From a virus (taxonomy: Duplodnaviria; Caudoviricetes), in the IMG/VR virus record IMGVR_UViG_3300047160_036266, positions 64,001-128,000 of that record: a DNA stretch of 64,000 bases. One strand, written 5' to 3'. The notes under the pieces were generated by a model, which saw nothing but the letters and a program-made list of their open reading frames with translations, did no database searches and was not told where the DNA came from. Numbering within the stretch: position 1 is the first letter of the stretch; the number at the start of each line of letters is the position of its first letter. The position numbers and the translations under genes were made by a program. Below are positions 29,914-38,671 of the stretch, piece after piece.

Positions 29914-30126
29914 ATGCGGACCTATTATAAGTTCTTCCTGTTTCATTCCGCTCGCTCCCAGGAGACGATGTACTGGTATTGCGACGACAAACGCTTCAAA
30001 AACAAGGACGAAATAGTGGCAGAGTGTGTCCGTCAGGGCTATCTCTGCCCTGTTTTTGCGCCGTGCGTCACCGCTGTCTGGGAAGTGAGCCAGGCCGAGT
30101 ATCTGGAGACGATGTATGAGGACTAA
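29914..30126 (+). CDS. hypothetical protein
   Basis: short ORF directly after thrS. Confidence 0.45.
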   Translation: MRTYYKFFLFHSARSQETMYWYCDDKRFKNKDEIVAECVRQGYLCPVFAPCVTAVWEVSQAEYLETMYED

Positions 30127-30395
30127 TACATCAGCGTCATGAATGACACCAGCAGTATTAGTCCAAATATCGCCACCAGCGTCCACCAGCCAATAAACCA
30201 CCATAAGGGCAGAGTTATCAGCCCGATGATGAGGAGCCAGCCGGAGAAGATGCGGAGCATGTTGTAGGCCACCATGTCCAAGTTGGGAGATCGGATCAGG
30301 TTGAGCCAGAGAACGATGAGCCAGTGGAACAGACCGCCGGCTATCCAGGCGATGCTGCCCAGGGGGCCGTCAACGGGATCGAAGAGGTTTTGCAT
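30123..30395 (-). CDS. hypothetical membrane protein
   Basis: AGGAG RBS; hydrophobic helices. Confidence 0.6.
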   Translation of the reverse strand: MQNLFDPVDGPLGSIAWIAGGLFHWLIVLWLNLIRSPNLDMVAYNMLRIFSGWLLIIGLITLPLWWFIGWWTLVAIFGLILLVSFMTLMY

Positions 30396-30450
30396 GATTT
30401 TCTCCTGTAGTTAGTACGTTGAGGCGTTACGCCTCCTACTACTTATACGA

Positions 30451-30735
30451 GTGAGCCGTTGCATGATGACCAAGAAAGCTGCCCGGCGCTGGAAGGCTCA
30501 GGTGGACCGTGGGGAACGCCCGCCCATCCCTCGCAACGTGGCCTGGCTCTTTGGCAGGCCCGCTCTTGAAATAAAGGACGACATCGCCCACGCCATTCGC
30601 TGGGATTACGGCAAGGGACCGAAGGCTTTTGCCGAACGCCTGGTCCTCATGGGCTTGCTGGACAAGGACTTCAATTTCACGGACTTGGGCCGGGAATATC
30701 TGGAGCGGGGGCAAAAACAGGACGCCCCTTTATAA
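30451..30735 (+). CDS. hypothetical protein
   Basis: ORF between divergent spacer and 30743 gene. Confidence 0.55.
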   Translation: MSRCMMTKKAARRWKAQVDRGERPPIPRNVAWLFGRPALEIKDDIAHAIRWDYGKGPKAFAERLVLMGLLDKDFNFTDLGREYLERGQKQDAPL

Positions 30736-30742
30736 ATAGGTT
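30730..30742 (+). promoter_or_regulatory. T4-late-promoter-like TATAAATA just upstream of ATG 30743
   Basis: ttataaataggttatg; identical octamer also at about 16092. Confidence 0.45.
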
Positions 30743-32062
30743 ATGAATTTCAGGACGTGGCTGGAGTACGAAGAAGCATCCCCGCACGAGGCCGAGTTGG
30801 AAGCCTTCTTTGAAGGCATCAAGAATTACGTCCTGCGCTCCTTCCAGCCCTCCCAAGGCTTCGCCAGTTTCCGCTTTCCTAACTATCAAGCTCTCAGTGC
30901 GCCACGTCCGTTGGCCCTGGCGGCATCCACCATTCATCCAGGTAAACTGATTGAGGGCTGGGAAAAGGAACCTGGCGGCAAGGGTGGCGTTGCCCTTCGT
31001 GCTATCGCCGGCTCTATCGGCCACTGGACCGACCCGCAAAAGGAGAAATTCCAGCAGGCGATGAACGCGCCCAAGCACTTCTCGTTGCCCGCTCAGGTTG
31101 GCAGGGAAATGGGGTTGTTGTTCGAGATTGAAGCCTTTCTGTATCTCGTGCAGAAACATGGTCTTATGGCAATAGGCGGATTTGACCTGGCGGCGGCGCA
31201 AGCCGAACAGCAGAAGCTTGCCCAGCAGATGCAGGCCAAATTGAGCAAGCCCCTGGTGGCTCTGGTGATGGAGTTTATCCAGATTCATGCGGGCGGTCCT
31301 CCGCACGGTATGGGTGAAATGATGTATCAGAAGACGGTGACGCTAATAGGTAGGAACTGCAAGGTGGACGCCATCGAGTTCACTGGCGGTGGTGCGGCCC
31401 GTTATAACAAGATAAAGCAAGACACGGCGGATATTCGTATCGGCTGCGACCAGTTTATGCAAGACCAGCGCAGTAGCATCGGCTGGACGATGAAGGCTGG
31501 TACGGAACCGGAAATGTCGATTCGCCACCTGAGCATGAAGAAGGCGCTCCAGATTCTTGGTGGCAAGCGGTATTGGAAGCAGGCGGTGCGCATGGTCAAG
31601 TCCACGCTCGATAATCCGCTCATGGACCCTGCGGAGATGCGGTCGGACGTGATTCGCACGCTGACGAAGGTGGCACAGCGACGGTTTGCCGACAACCCAA
31701 CTGCCTTTGTGCGGCTCTTGGAGCTTCTGACGACGGGTGGTGCAGACACATTGCCGGCGGCGAGGAACTTGGCCCGTGGCCTGGGCGGCGCAGGATGGTC
31801 GGGTGCCTTCGGCATGGACTTCGGAACTGGCGAGGGCGAAGGAAGGAAGCTCACGGCCCGGCTTCAGGCCAATCCAGCAGTGACGGTAGACTCCAATCCC
31901 ACCTATATGCACATCACTTACCGGCTGCCTAACAAGGAACTCCAGAAGGGTCAAAAGGGAACTAACTACGGCACCAGGCTGAAATTTGAACCTGCGCCAG
32001 ACTTGCGCAGTGTTGAAGTGACTGTGAACAATCTGACGGCGTTAGGCGGTCGTGGATATTAG
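30743..32062 (+). CDS. hypothetical protein, probable virion-internal
   Basis: N-terminus MNFRTWLEYEE; TATAAATA upstream. Confidence 0.7.
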   Translation: MNFRTWLEYEEASPHEAELEAFFEGIKNYVLRSFQPSQGFASFRFPNYQALSAPRPLALAASTIHPGKLIEGWEKEPGGKGGVALRAIAGSIGHWTDPQKEKFQQAMNAPKHFSLPAQVGREMGLLFEIEAFLYLVQKHGLMAIGGFDLAAAQAEQQKLAQQMQAKLSKPLVALVMEFIQIHAGGPPHGMGEMMYQKTVTLIGRNCKVDAIEFTGGGAARYNKIKQDTADIRIGCDQFMQDQRSSIGWTMKAGTEPEMSIRHLSMKKALQILGGKRYWKQAVRMVKSTLDNPLMDPAEMRSDVIRTLTKVAQRRFADNPTAFVRLLELLTTGGADTLPAARNLARGLGGAGWSGAFGMDFGTGEGEGRKLTARLQANPAVTVDSNPTYMHITYRLPNKELQKGQKGTNYGTRLKFEPAPDLRSVEVTVNNLTALGGRGY

Positions 32063-32177
32063 TCCCGGTTGCTGGTAGACTCCTTGAGCAAGACCAGGAT
32101 TACGAAGATCACAAGCACCAAGATTATGGTGCCCCAGCAGTCAAATATGGCCGTGCCGATGTCGTTGGCTGCAAACA

Positions 32178-33632
32178 TTAAAAATCCACCTTGTCTTTGA
32201 TGATAACCTCGTGTCCTTTGTCCTTGAGGATGCGGACCCGCTTGTTGCTGTGCGTTTCGAGGTATTCATTGATCTTGAAAATAAAATCGTAGTAGTTGAG
32301 GATTTCCTTGTCATCGGCCTGGCGCAAGCCACGACCGATGCGCTGCTCGATCTGGTGTTCGGCCTGGCCACCGGCGGCGTTGATGAGGTTGTGGACGAAG
32401 ACATTGATGCCGGTGTTGAAGATGCCCTGGGTGGCGATGGCGACGACGTTGCCTTTGGCCCGCTGGAGCTTCTTGATGACCACCTGGCGGGTGTCCGGGG
32501 TGTCCTGGCCCTGGACCCAAAGGGCACCGGGGATCATTTTGGAGAGAGCGTCCCCGTGGGCCAGGCGCTCCACCAGGATCAGCGTGCGGCCCGTTTGCAG
32601 CTTCGCCAGGCGACTGACGATCTGGTGGAAGTGGTAGCTCTCAGCGATGCCGTGGGTAACGGCATCCATGTAAATATCCCAGGGAATCTGCGGTTCGGTG
32701 ATGGGATAGAAGGTGCAGCGCGAGGAAGACAGAATGCTGCGCTCCTGAAGTTCCTTCGTCGTAATCTTACCGTCCCAGGTCGCCTTGGTTTTGAGGACCG
32801 GGCCGAAGAAACCCTTGACGAAAAACTTCTGCACGCGATCCGTCTCGCCAAACTTGAATGGTGTGGCGGACAGAGCTACACGCACGGAGCAGTCCTTCAA
32901 TAGCCGGTAAACCTGCTTGGCTTTGGTGGTCATCATGTCGTGGATTTCGTCCACGATCAGGCACCTGATCTTTGGCAGCAGTCGCTTGATCTTGTCGATG
33001 GACTGGATGGTGGAGCAGGTGATGATATTTGGGTCGTGATAGCCGCCGCCCAGCATACCGCAGTAGGGGAAGCCCCAATTGCTGATCTCGTCGTAGTTCT
33101 GCTTGGCCAGGCTGATGCGGTTCTGGAGAACCAGCGTGGGCGTCCCTGGGGGCAATGTCTTGAGGATGCCAACCATGATGTAGGTCTTGCCGCTGGCGGT
33201 GGGGGCGAAGATAACGCCCCGGTGGTTCCTGGCGACCTGATTGATGAGGTCCACTTGGTAGTCGTGGAGGATAATGGGCGAGGCCGGAGTGCCGTCCACC
33301 CAGGTCTTGGGAAGCCACTGGTTGAGGAACTGCTCGTCTACCTTGTCAAAGCGGAAGGGAAAGGCGTGGCGCTCATCGACCAATTCATAGTCGATATTCT
33401 TGCGGTCGAGGACCGACTTGACTTCGGGCAACAGGCCGGTGAGGAACTTGCCGGGTTCGCGCTTGAAAAACTCGGTGTAGCCGTCCCATATTTTTTGCTT
33501 GTAGGCACGGTTGTGGAAGTAATTCCGCTCCCGGAAACGCAGGCTGGTCCACAGGAGGGTCTTGACCGAATCGTTATTGGTGATGAGCCAGGAGTAGTCG
33601 TTCTGAATGCGTAGTATCGCTGCCATGCTCAT
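32178..33632 (-). CDS. UvsW-like SF2 helicase
   Basis: APTASGKT, IVDEIH, SATP, STGINV-like NTGINV, QRIGRGLR. Confidence 0.88.
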   Translation of the reverse strand: MSMAAILRIQNDYSWLITNNDSVKTLLWTSLRFRERNYFHNRAYKQKIWDGYTEFFKREPGKFLTGLLPEVKSVLDRKNIDYELVDERHAFPFRFDKVDEQFLNQWLPKTWVDGTPASPIILHDYQVDLINQVARNHRGVIFAPTASGKTYIMVGILKTLPPGTPTLVLQNRISLAKQNYDEISNWGFPYCGMLGGGYHDPNIITCSTIQSIDKIKRLLPKIRCLIVDEIHDMMTTKAKQVYRLLKDCSVRVALSATPFKFGETDRVQKFFVKGFFGPVLKTKATWDGKITTKELQERSILSSSRCTFYPITEPQIPWDIYMDAVTHGIAESYHFHQIVSRLAKLQTGRTLILVERLAHGDALSKMIPGALWVQGQDTPDTRQVVIKKLQRAKGNVVAIATQGIFNTGINVFVHNLINAAGGQAEHQIEQRIGRGLRQADDKEILNYYDFIFKINEYLETHSNKRVRILKDKGHEVIIKDKVDF

Positions 33633-33694
33633 ATTTACGACTCCCTTCCCTGAAAGTCGTATTATAACCCATTGGCCCGCAAGGAAAAAGTCGG

Positions 33695-33937
33695 TTATCG
33701 GCGCTGGGACGGGATGTAACCCAACATGCGCCGCAGCTTTTCATCCACAAAATCTCGTGGGGCCATACCCGCTCGGTGATTGGGGACTATTTCCTCCTCA
33801 ATCTCGACTTCAGTTACCTTTTCAACGGCGTAGAACCAGTCTGCCAGATGATCGCCTGCGATCCCCTTGCGCAGCCGGCAAAGATAGCGAAAGTAAGCGG
33901 CCACCTGGATGTGATCGTGAGGTACGGTGGCACTCAT
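33695..33937 (-). CDS. DUF2934-like protein
   Basis: IQVAAYFRY...G...LADWFYAV. Confidence 0.6.
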   Translation of the reverse strand: MSATVPHDHIQVAAYFRYLCRLRKGIAGDHLADWFYAVEKVTEVEIEEEIVPNHRAGMAPRDFVDEKLRRMLGYIPSQRR

Positions 33938-33985
33938 TTGGCCACCGTGTCCTCTTTGGGTGCAGGTTTGGGCTGCTCCAGCGGT

Positions 33986-34336
33986 TTAGCTGGTTGCTGA
34001 GTCTTCGGGAGGGGCCTTATCACCCGGCTGCGGCCCCGAACCATCCTGGGTACTTTTCGACAGCACATCCTTCCCTCCTTTGAGTATGTGGCTGGGATAG
34101 CTTATATAGCCGTCCATGCCCTCTTCTTGCTTCTTCTTCTCGTCGTACTCGAAGAAGGAGGAGTAGTTGTCGTTGATGATGACCTCCAGATCGTGGTGGT
34201 CGATGTAATAATCCTTGTATTTGCGGCGGTCCAGTGGGTCGTAGATGCGGAAGAACAACTGGCCGTCCACACCCCGGAGGAGGAAACCCTTGACGTGGTG
34301 GGCCGGCGTTTCATTGGGCTGGAGGGGTCTTGCCAT
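33986..34336 (-). CDS. hypothetical protein
   Basis: co-directional ORF. Confidence 0.55.
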   Translation of the reverse strand: MARPLQPNETPAHHVKGFLLRGVDGQLFFRIYDPLDRRKYKDYYIDHHDLEVIINDNYSSFFEYDEKKKQEEGMDGYISYPSHILKGGKDVLSKSTQDGSGPQPGDKAPPEDSATS

Positions 34337-35699
34337 GTGACATCACCTTTGGTTCGATTAGGGTTCCAGGCATGAAAATACCCATGTATTCACGCATGTC
34401 GTCGTAGATCGCCCGTAGCGTCCCCGTCATGGGATTCTTCTTGCACTCCTCAATGTGGACATCGCAGAAGTGGTGCCAGAAGAATGTGAAAAGCAGAAAA
34501 CCTGCCTCCGTCCAGTCATATTCCTCGAAGGCGGCGTTAATGCGCTTCTTAAAGTCCAGCCACTCATTCCAGACCGCCTCATTCTTGCCATCGTCAGTCT
34601 GCAAGTCCAAGAAACGCTTGGCGTTGCGCCACTTATTGACGCAGCGCTTGCCATATTCCATGACGACGGGGTTGATGCGGGCGTCGGACCCGACCTGGGG
34701 TTGTGCGGCCCAATAGCGGACGCCATCCGAAGTATGCTGGTCCATATACTTGCCAGGAGGGACGAAGTTGCCAGCCGTCTTGGAAATCTTCTTCCCTTTA
34801 TCGTCCAGAGCGTGCCCGCAGATCACTATGGTTCGCCACGGTATCTGGTCGTTGTGAAGGACGCTTTTGATGATTGTGAAGAGCGCCCAGGTGCGGATAA
34901 TGTCGTGCGCTTGGAAACGAACGTCGAAGATTGGGCATTTGAGAGTGAGTTCGTACTGGTTGGCCTCGTGCCAGGCTAGTTGCGGCGACAGGCTGGACGT
35001 GTGCCAGGTGTCAAAAACGATACCCGGCTCGCCGGGGATGGGGATGCCGTAGTTCCGTTCCCGGCTGATAGACCAGTCCGAATCGCACTGATCCAGCCAG
35101 GAGAGGAGGCGGCCCTTGTACATCTCCGGCTTCCAAACGATCTGGTCAATGGCGGCACGGATGCGGGGCAGGTTGTCGAGGACTTTGATGAACCAACCCT
35201 CACCCCGGCGAAGCTCGACCTTAGCACCACTGCGCTCGTAGCAACCGTCTTCGGTCAACTCATTTTGGGAGACGGAAACCTTGGTGAGCGGGCAGTAGTA
35301 GTATTCCCGCTCGGCCTTATACGCCTGGCCCTTGTCCACCAAGTCCTTGAAGGACAGTTCGGCCAGTTTGATGGCGAAGGGGCAGAAGGTGGTGTAGTGG
35401 TGCCAGGACCAGGCCATTGCCAGGCGCATGAAGAGAAGGTGGTAAGCGATGGACTCGTGGTAGGAAAAGTCAATGATCTTGTCCTGGTCGGTGATTCCAG
35501 CGGCCTGGGCGAGCTTTTCGGTGGGCAACCCGTTGTTGTCGTAGCAATAGGGGTAGACTAGGTATTCGCCCTTGATGTGGCGGTGGTAACGGGCAATGAA
35601 GTCCATTTGGGCGTAGCTGAAGACGTGCCCCATGTGGAGGTTGCCGCTAATCGTAGGCGGCGGACAGTCGATGAGAAAGCGTTTGTTCTTGTCGTGCAT
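34311..35699 (-). CDS. valS: minimal valyl-tRNA synthetase (462 aa, no CP1 editing domain, no coiled coil)
   Basis: PPPTISGNLHMGH, DNNGLPTE, DWSISRERNYGIPIP, FDTWHTSS, FQAHDIIRTW, KISKT, FFWHHFCDVHIE. Confidence 0.9.
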   Translation of the reverse strand: MHDKNKRFLIDCPPPTISGNLHMGHVFSYAQMDFIARYHRHIKGEYLVYPYCYDNNGLPTEKLAQAAGITDQDKIIDFSYHESIAYHLLFMRLAMAWSWHHYTTFCPFAIKLAELSFKDLVDKGQAYKAEREYYYCPLTKVSVSQNELTEDGCYERSGAKVELRRGEGWFIKVLDNLPRIRAAIDQIVWKPEMYKGRLLSWLDQCDSDWSISRERNYGIPIPGEPGIVFDTWHTSSLSPQLAWHEANQYELTLKCPIFDVRFQAHDIIRTWALFTIIKSVLHNDQIPWRTIVICGHALDDKGKKISKTAGNFVPPGKYMDQHTSDGVRYWAAQPQVGSDARINPVVMEYGKRCVNKWRNAKRFLDLQTDDGKNEAVWNEWLDFKKRINAAFEEYDWTEAGFLLFTFFWHHFCDVHIEECKKNPMTGTLRAIYDDMREYMGIFMPGTLIEPKVMSHGKTPPAQ

Positions 35700-35857
35700 G
35701 GTGGGTTTGTCCGGTGAGAGAGCGTGTGGAAACGACGGGGCCACGCTCCTCCACGGAGACGCAGCCCGAAGCCACGCCCACACGGACAACAAAACTAGCC
35801 GCAAGAACGGTCATGTAGGTATTATACGTCAGTGTCGCTCAAAACGCTACCCGAAAA

Positions 35858-35952
35858 TGCCCAGGGCGGGACTCGAACCCGCACGGGAGTTACCTCCCAC
35901 GGGATTTTAAGCCGACTTAAATCCCGTGTGTCTACCATTCCACCACCTGGGC
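35858..35952 (-). tRNA. tRNA-Leu(UAA) with 10-nt insertion in anticodon loop
   Basis: GCCCAGG/CCUGGGC acceptor, GGUA D-loop, long variable arm, UUCGAGU T-loop; anticodon loop is 17 nt UUUAAGUCGGCUUAAAA. Confidence 0.9.
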
Positions 35953-36663
35953 TTAGACCTCCCACTCGGCGTCGATGCTGCGGTAAACCCGACCCTTCTT
36001 CACTTTGGGCTGGTCCAGGTCAAAACCCATGTGTTGCTCGATCACGCTTTTCACAGTGGCGGCATCCTCCATCCGTGGAATGGTGGACAGGGTATGGAGG
36101 GATGCCATCCAGAAGTCCCATTCCTTCTTGGTCCCGGCCTTGGAGGGTTCCAAGAAGCCGGACTGGCTGTAATCAGGATATTGAATGCCACCGGGGCCAT
36201 GCTGCATAAAGCGGCGAACCTGGAAATCACGCCCGGTTTTATAGTGGGTCACGTCGCCAAGGGGTTTTTGAATGTGGCCGGACTGGCGCAGGAAGTTCAC
36301 CTGTCCGGCGATGGCGGTAATAATGATGGTGTGCAAGGTCTTGCCCATTGAAAAAACGAGCGGCCCCTTGTCTTGGTTGCGGCGGTCGATGACGTTGTAA
36401 TATATCCGCTCGACCGGCTTGATCTGCTTGGCTTCCTGCTCCCGCTGCTGCCGCCAGAGGGCTGTGAAGAGGGAACAATAGTCGCATTGACCAATCCACT
36501 TGCCATCCTTGAGGGTCATGTGGCAGAAGTGGGTGCCGTTCGCCAGGCGGTGGGTACGGCAGCCGTGGAACAGCTTGCAACCCTGTTTCGGCGGCAGGAT
36601 GCGCAAGTCGAAAGGTTCGATGCCGTTGGGCAGTTGACAGAAGATGTTGTTGAGGTTGCCCAT
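35953..36663 (-). CDS. single-stranded DNA-binding protein, T4 gp32-like
   Basis: CDYC zinc site, RIYYNVIDRR, GPLVFSMGKT, GRDFQV, YPDYSQS. Confidence 0.7.
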   Translation of the reverse strand: MGNLNNIFCQLPNGIEPFDLRILPPKQGCKLFHGCRTHRLANGTHFCHMTLKDGKWIGQCDYCSLFTALWRQQREQEAKQIKPVERIYYNVIDRRNQDKGPLVFSMGKTLHTIIITAIAGQVNFLRQSGHIQKPLGDVTHYKTGRDFQVRRFMQHGPGGIQYPDYSQSGFLEPSKAGTKKEWDFWMASLHTLSTIPRMEDAATVKSVIEQHMGFDLDQPKVKKGRVYRSIDAEWEV

Positions 36664-36813
36664 GAGGGCCTATCCTACCCCGTTTTTTCTAGCAGGTAAA
36701 GGTTGAATACTTCAGGATTTGGCAGTACAATCAGAGTGGAGAGGTTGCGCCTTCCACGGAACAAAGGTACAGTAGCCGACCCTCTATTTCCTTCCTGCCG
36801 GCTATATACCAGC

Positions 36814-37638
36814 ATGGACTTCACCGAATTTCTGCTTGAGGCCAAGTTTGCCAAGATCATGAACGCCCTCCGGGGTGACGTGCCGCACGTCAACCAAATG
36901 GGCATCATGACCGCCCAGAATCCCTTGGGCGTAGAGGCCCCGGCCCAGCAGAACAACGCCGCCAACCGGGAGCTTCTGAAGGAGCTTCGTCGCGCCAACT
37001 TCCGGGGCTACCCGGTGAATCCCCGCTGGATAATGGGTAAGTTTGGAAATATCGAGGACAGCTACTTCATCCCGCATATCGACCGGAATACCCTCATCAC
37101 CTTGGGTGCCCGCTTCGGCCAGCGGTCGGTGATCTGGGGCCAGAAGATGCAGGACGAAGATGGCACCTACATTCGCTTCGAGTATATCGACACCCCGGCA
37201 GAGACATTGCCTCTGGACCCGTCCACCTACCAGACATCGCAAACGAGGGACGTGGTTCTGGCCGGCAAAGAGGCGGCTGAGCGCAGCGATTTGTTCTCGG
37301 CCAAACCCTTTCCCCGCAGCGGCATCGACAAGCGCACCGGCAGGCCGGCGACGGTTCGGAAGTTCGTCATTCCCTTCTTTGATCCCACCTACGAGAAGGC
37401 GAAATTCGCCCCTGACAAGGCCAGTGTCATGAAGCCGGTCGAGGATTCCGTGTCCGCCGAACCCTCGTTCTTATCTTCCGAATTGCCGGACACGCCCGAA
37501 GTCCGGCGGCTGGTCGAGGAGATTCGCAACCGGGAGGGCAGCTTGTATGCCCAGGGTAAGGTGCAACGCTGGTATTGGGAGAGTCGGGGGCTGCTGGAAG
37601 TGTCCCTTCAGAAGCTTCGTGAAGTTCTTAAAGGTTAA
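36814..37638 (+). CDS. hypothetical protein with DUF3293-like domain, probable virion protein
   Basis: N-terminus MDFTEFLLE; IMTAQNP...EDSYFI...FGQRSVIW. Confidence 0.6.
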   Translation: MDFTEFLLEAKFAKIMNALRGDVPHVNQMGIMTAQNPLGVEAPAQQNNAANRELLKELRRANFRGYPVNPRWIMGKFGNIEDSYFIPHIDRNTLITLGARFGQRSVIWGQKMQDEDGTYIRFEYIDTPAETLPLDPSTYQTSQTRDVVLAGKEAAERSDLFSAKPFPRSGIDKRTGRPATVRKFVIPFFDPTYEKAKFAPDKASVMKPVEDSVSAEPSFLSSELPDTPEVRRLVEEIRNREGSLYAQGKVQRWYWESRGLLEVSLQKLREVLKG

Positions 37639-38366
37639 TTGTTGGATGGGTCGAAGGTTTCCTCATCCTCGTCTTCATCCAGGCCCAGGTCTTCCCAGGG
37701 CACCGTTTCCAGTTCCCCGCTCTTGATCTTCTCGGTTGTCTCCTTCATCTCTTCGAGGAAGGCGGCGTTGTCTGCCGGCCCGCCCATGAAGGAAATATCG
37801 TCGTAGATTGCATCCAGCACGTCCAACAAGGTGAAGTCCCGTTCCCCCATGAAGATGAGCTTGGCCTTGCCGTCGCGCATCTTGGGGTCATAGATGCTGA
37901 CTTCCGTATTGAGCTTGACGGGCAGGTTGGCAAGTTCCCACATGGGGGAGTAGGAGACGCTGTAGCAGGTGAAGCCCTGTTCGTTGGGCTTGCCAATGCC
38001 GTGGAAGCCCGCTGACAGGTCGATGCTGTTCTTCTTCTTGTAGTTGTGGGTGCTGGCGTGCCAGTAGATTTCCAGGTGGTCCAGCGGTTCGGGGTCCGGC
38101 TCCATTTTGAGGACCATTTTGCGGGCGTCCTCGTGGAACTCGTCAATGTGCCGGCACCACGCATATTGCGAGATGAAGTCCTTCAGGTCAGGGAGCTTGG
38201 CCACCCCCTCGAAGATGTCCCGCAGCGTCACTCCTTCCTCGATCTCGCAGGAGCAGCGCAGCAGGGTCCAGATGTACCGAGGCCGGCGCTTTACATATTC
38301 ACGCGCGTCTCCGTCCCATTTGTAGGACCAAATGCCGTCCTTCTCGATTTTGGCATGTTCCGACAT
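37635..38366 (-). CDS. hypothetical protein
   Basis: long ORF with acidic tail. Confidence 0.7.
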   Translation of the reverse strand: MSEHAKIEKDGIWSYKWDGDAREYVKRRPRYIWTLLRCSCEIEEGVTLRDIFEGVAKLPDLKDFISQYAWCRHIDEFHEDARKMVLKMEPDPEPLDHLEIYWHASTHNYKKKNSIDLSAGFHGIGKPNEQGFTCYSVSYSPMWELANLPVKLNTEVSIYDPKMRDGKAKLIFMGERDFTLLDVLDAIYDDISFMGGPADNAAFLEEMKETTEKIKSGELETVPWEDLGLDEDEDEETFDPSNN

Positions 38367-38381
38367 AGCAGTTCCTTAATA

Positions 38382-38628
38382 GGTAGCACACTCCCGTAAG
38401 CAGGATTCTGTTCTATGCCATCATTTATCTCACAGGCCGTGGTGGGCCTGCGGCCTTGCGGCTGCACCTACCAGACCCGTTGCCCTGCTCACCGGCTGGG
38501 TCTATTTGGTTTGCACCCTCCGGGGTGGTAGCGATACTGAGCCTTGCGGCTGTTCTCTCCCCCGTTAAGCAGTGGTGTCCTGACTTTCCTCTATCCCTTG
38601 CGGGACAGCGATGGCTCGGAGCGCTACC
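38382..38628 (-). ncRNA. rnpB: RNase P RNA, minimal (reduced S-domain)
   Basis: minus strand: P1 GGUAGC/GCUACC; P2 GCCAUC/GAUGGC; P3 GCAA tetraloop; CR I GAGGAAAGUCAGGA; AAAUAG; CR IV AGAUAAAUGAU; CR V AACAGAAUCCUGCUUA with compensatory P4 pairing CAGGA/UCCUG. Confidence 0.92.
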
Positions 38629-38671
38629 TAGTTAGTGATTGTACCAGGGATTTGGCCGGTTGTAAAGCCCC

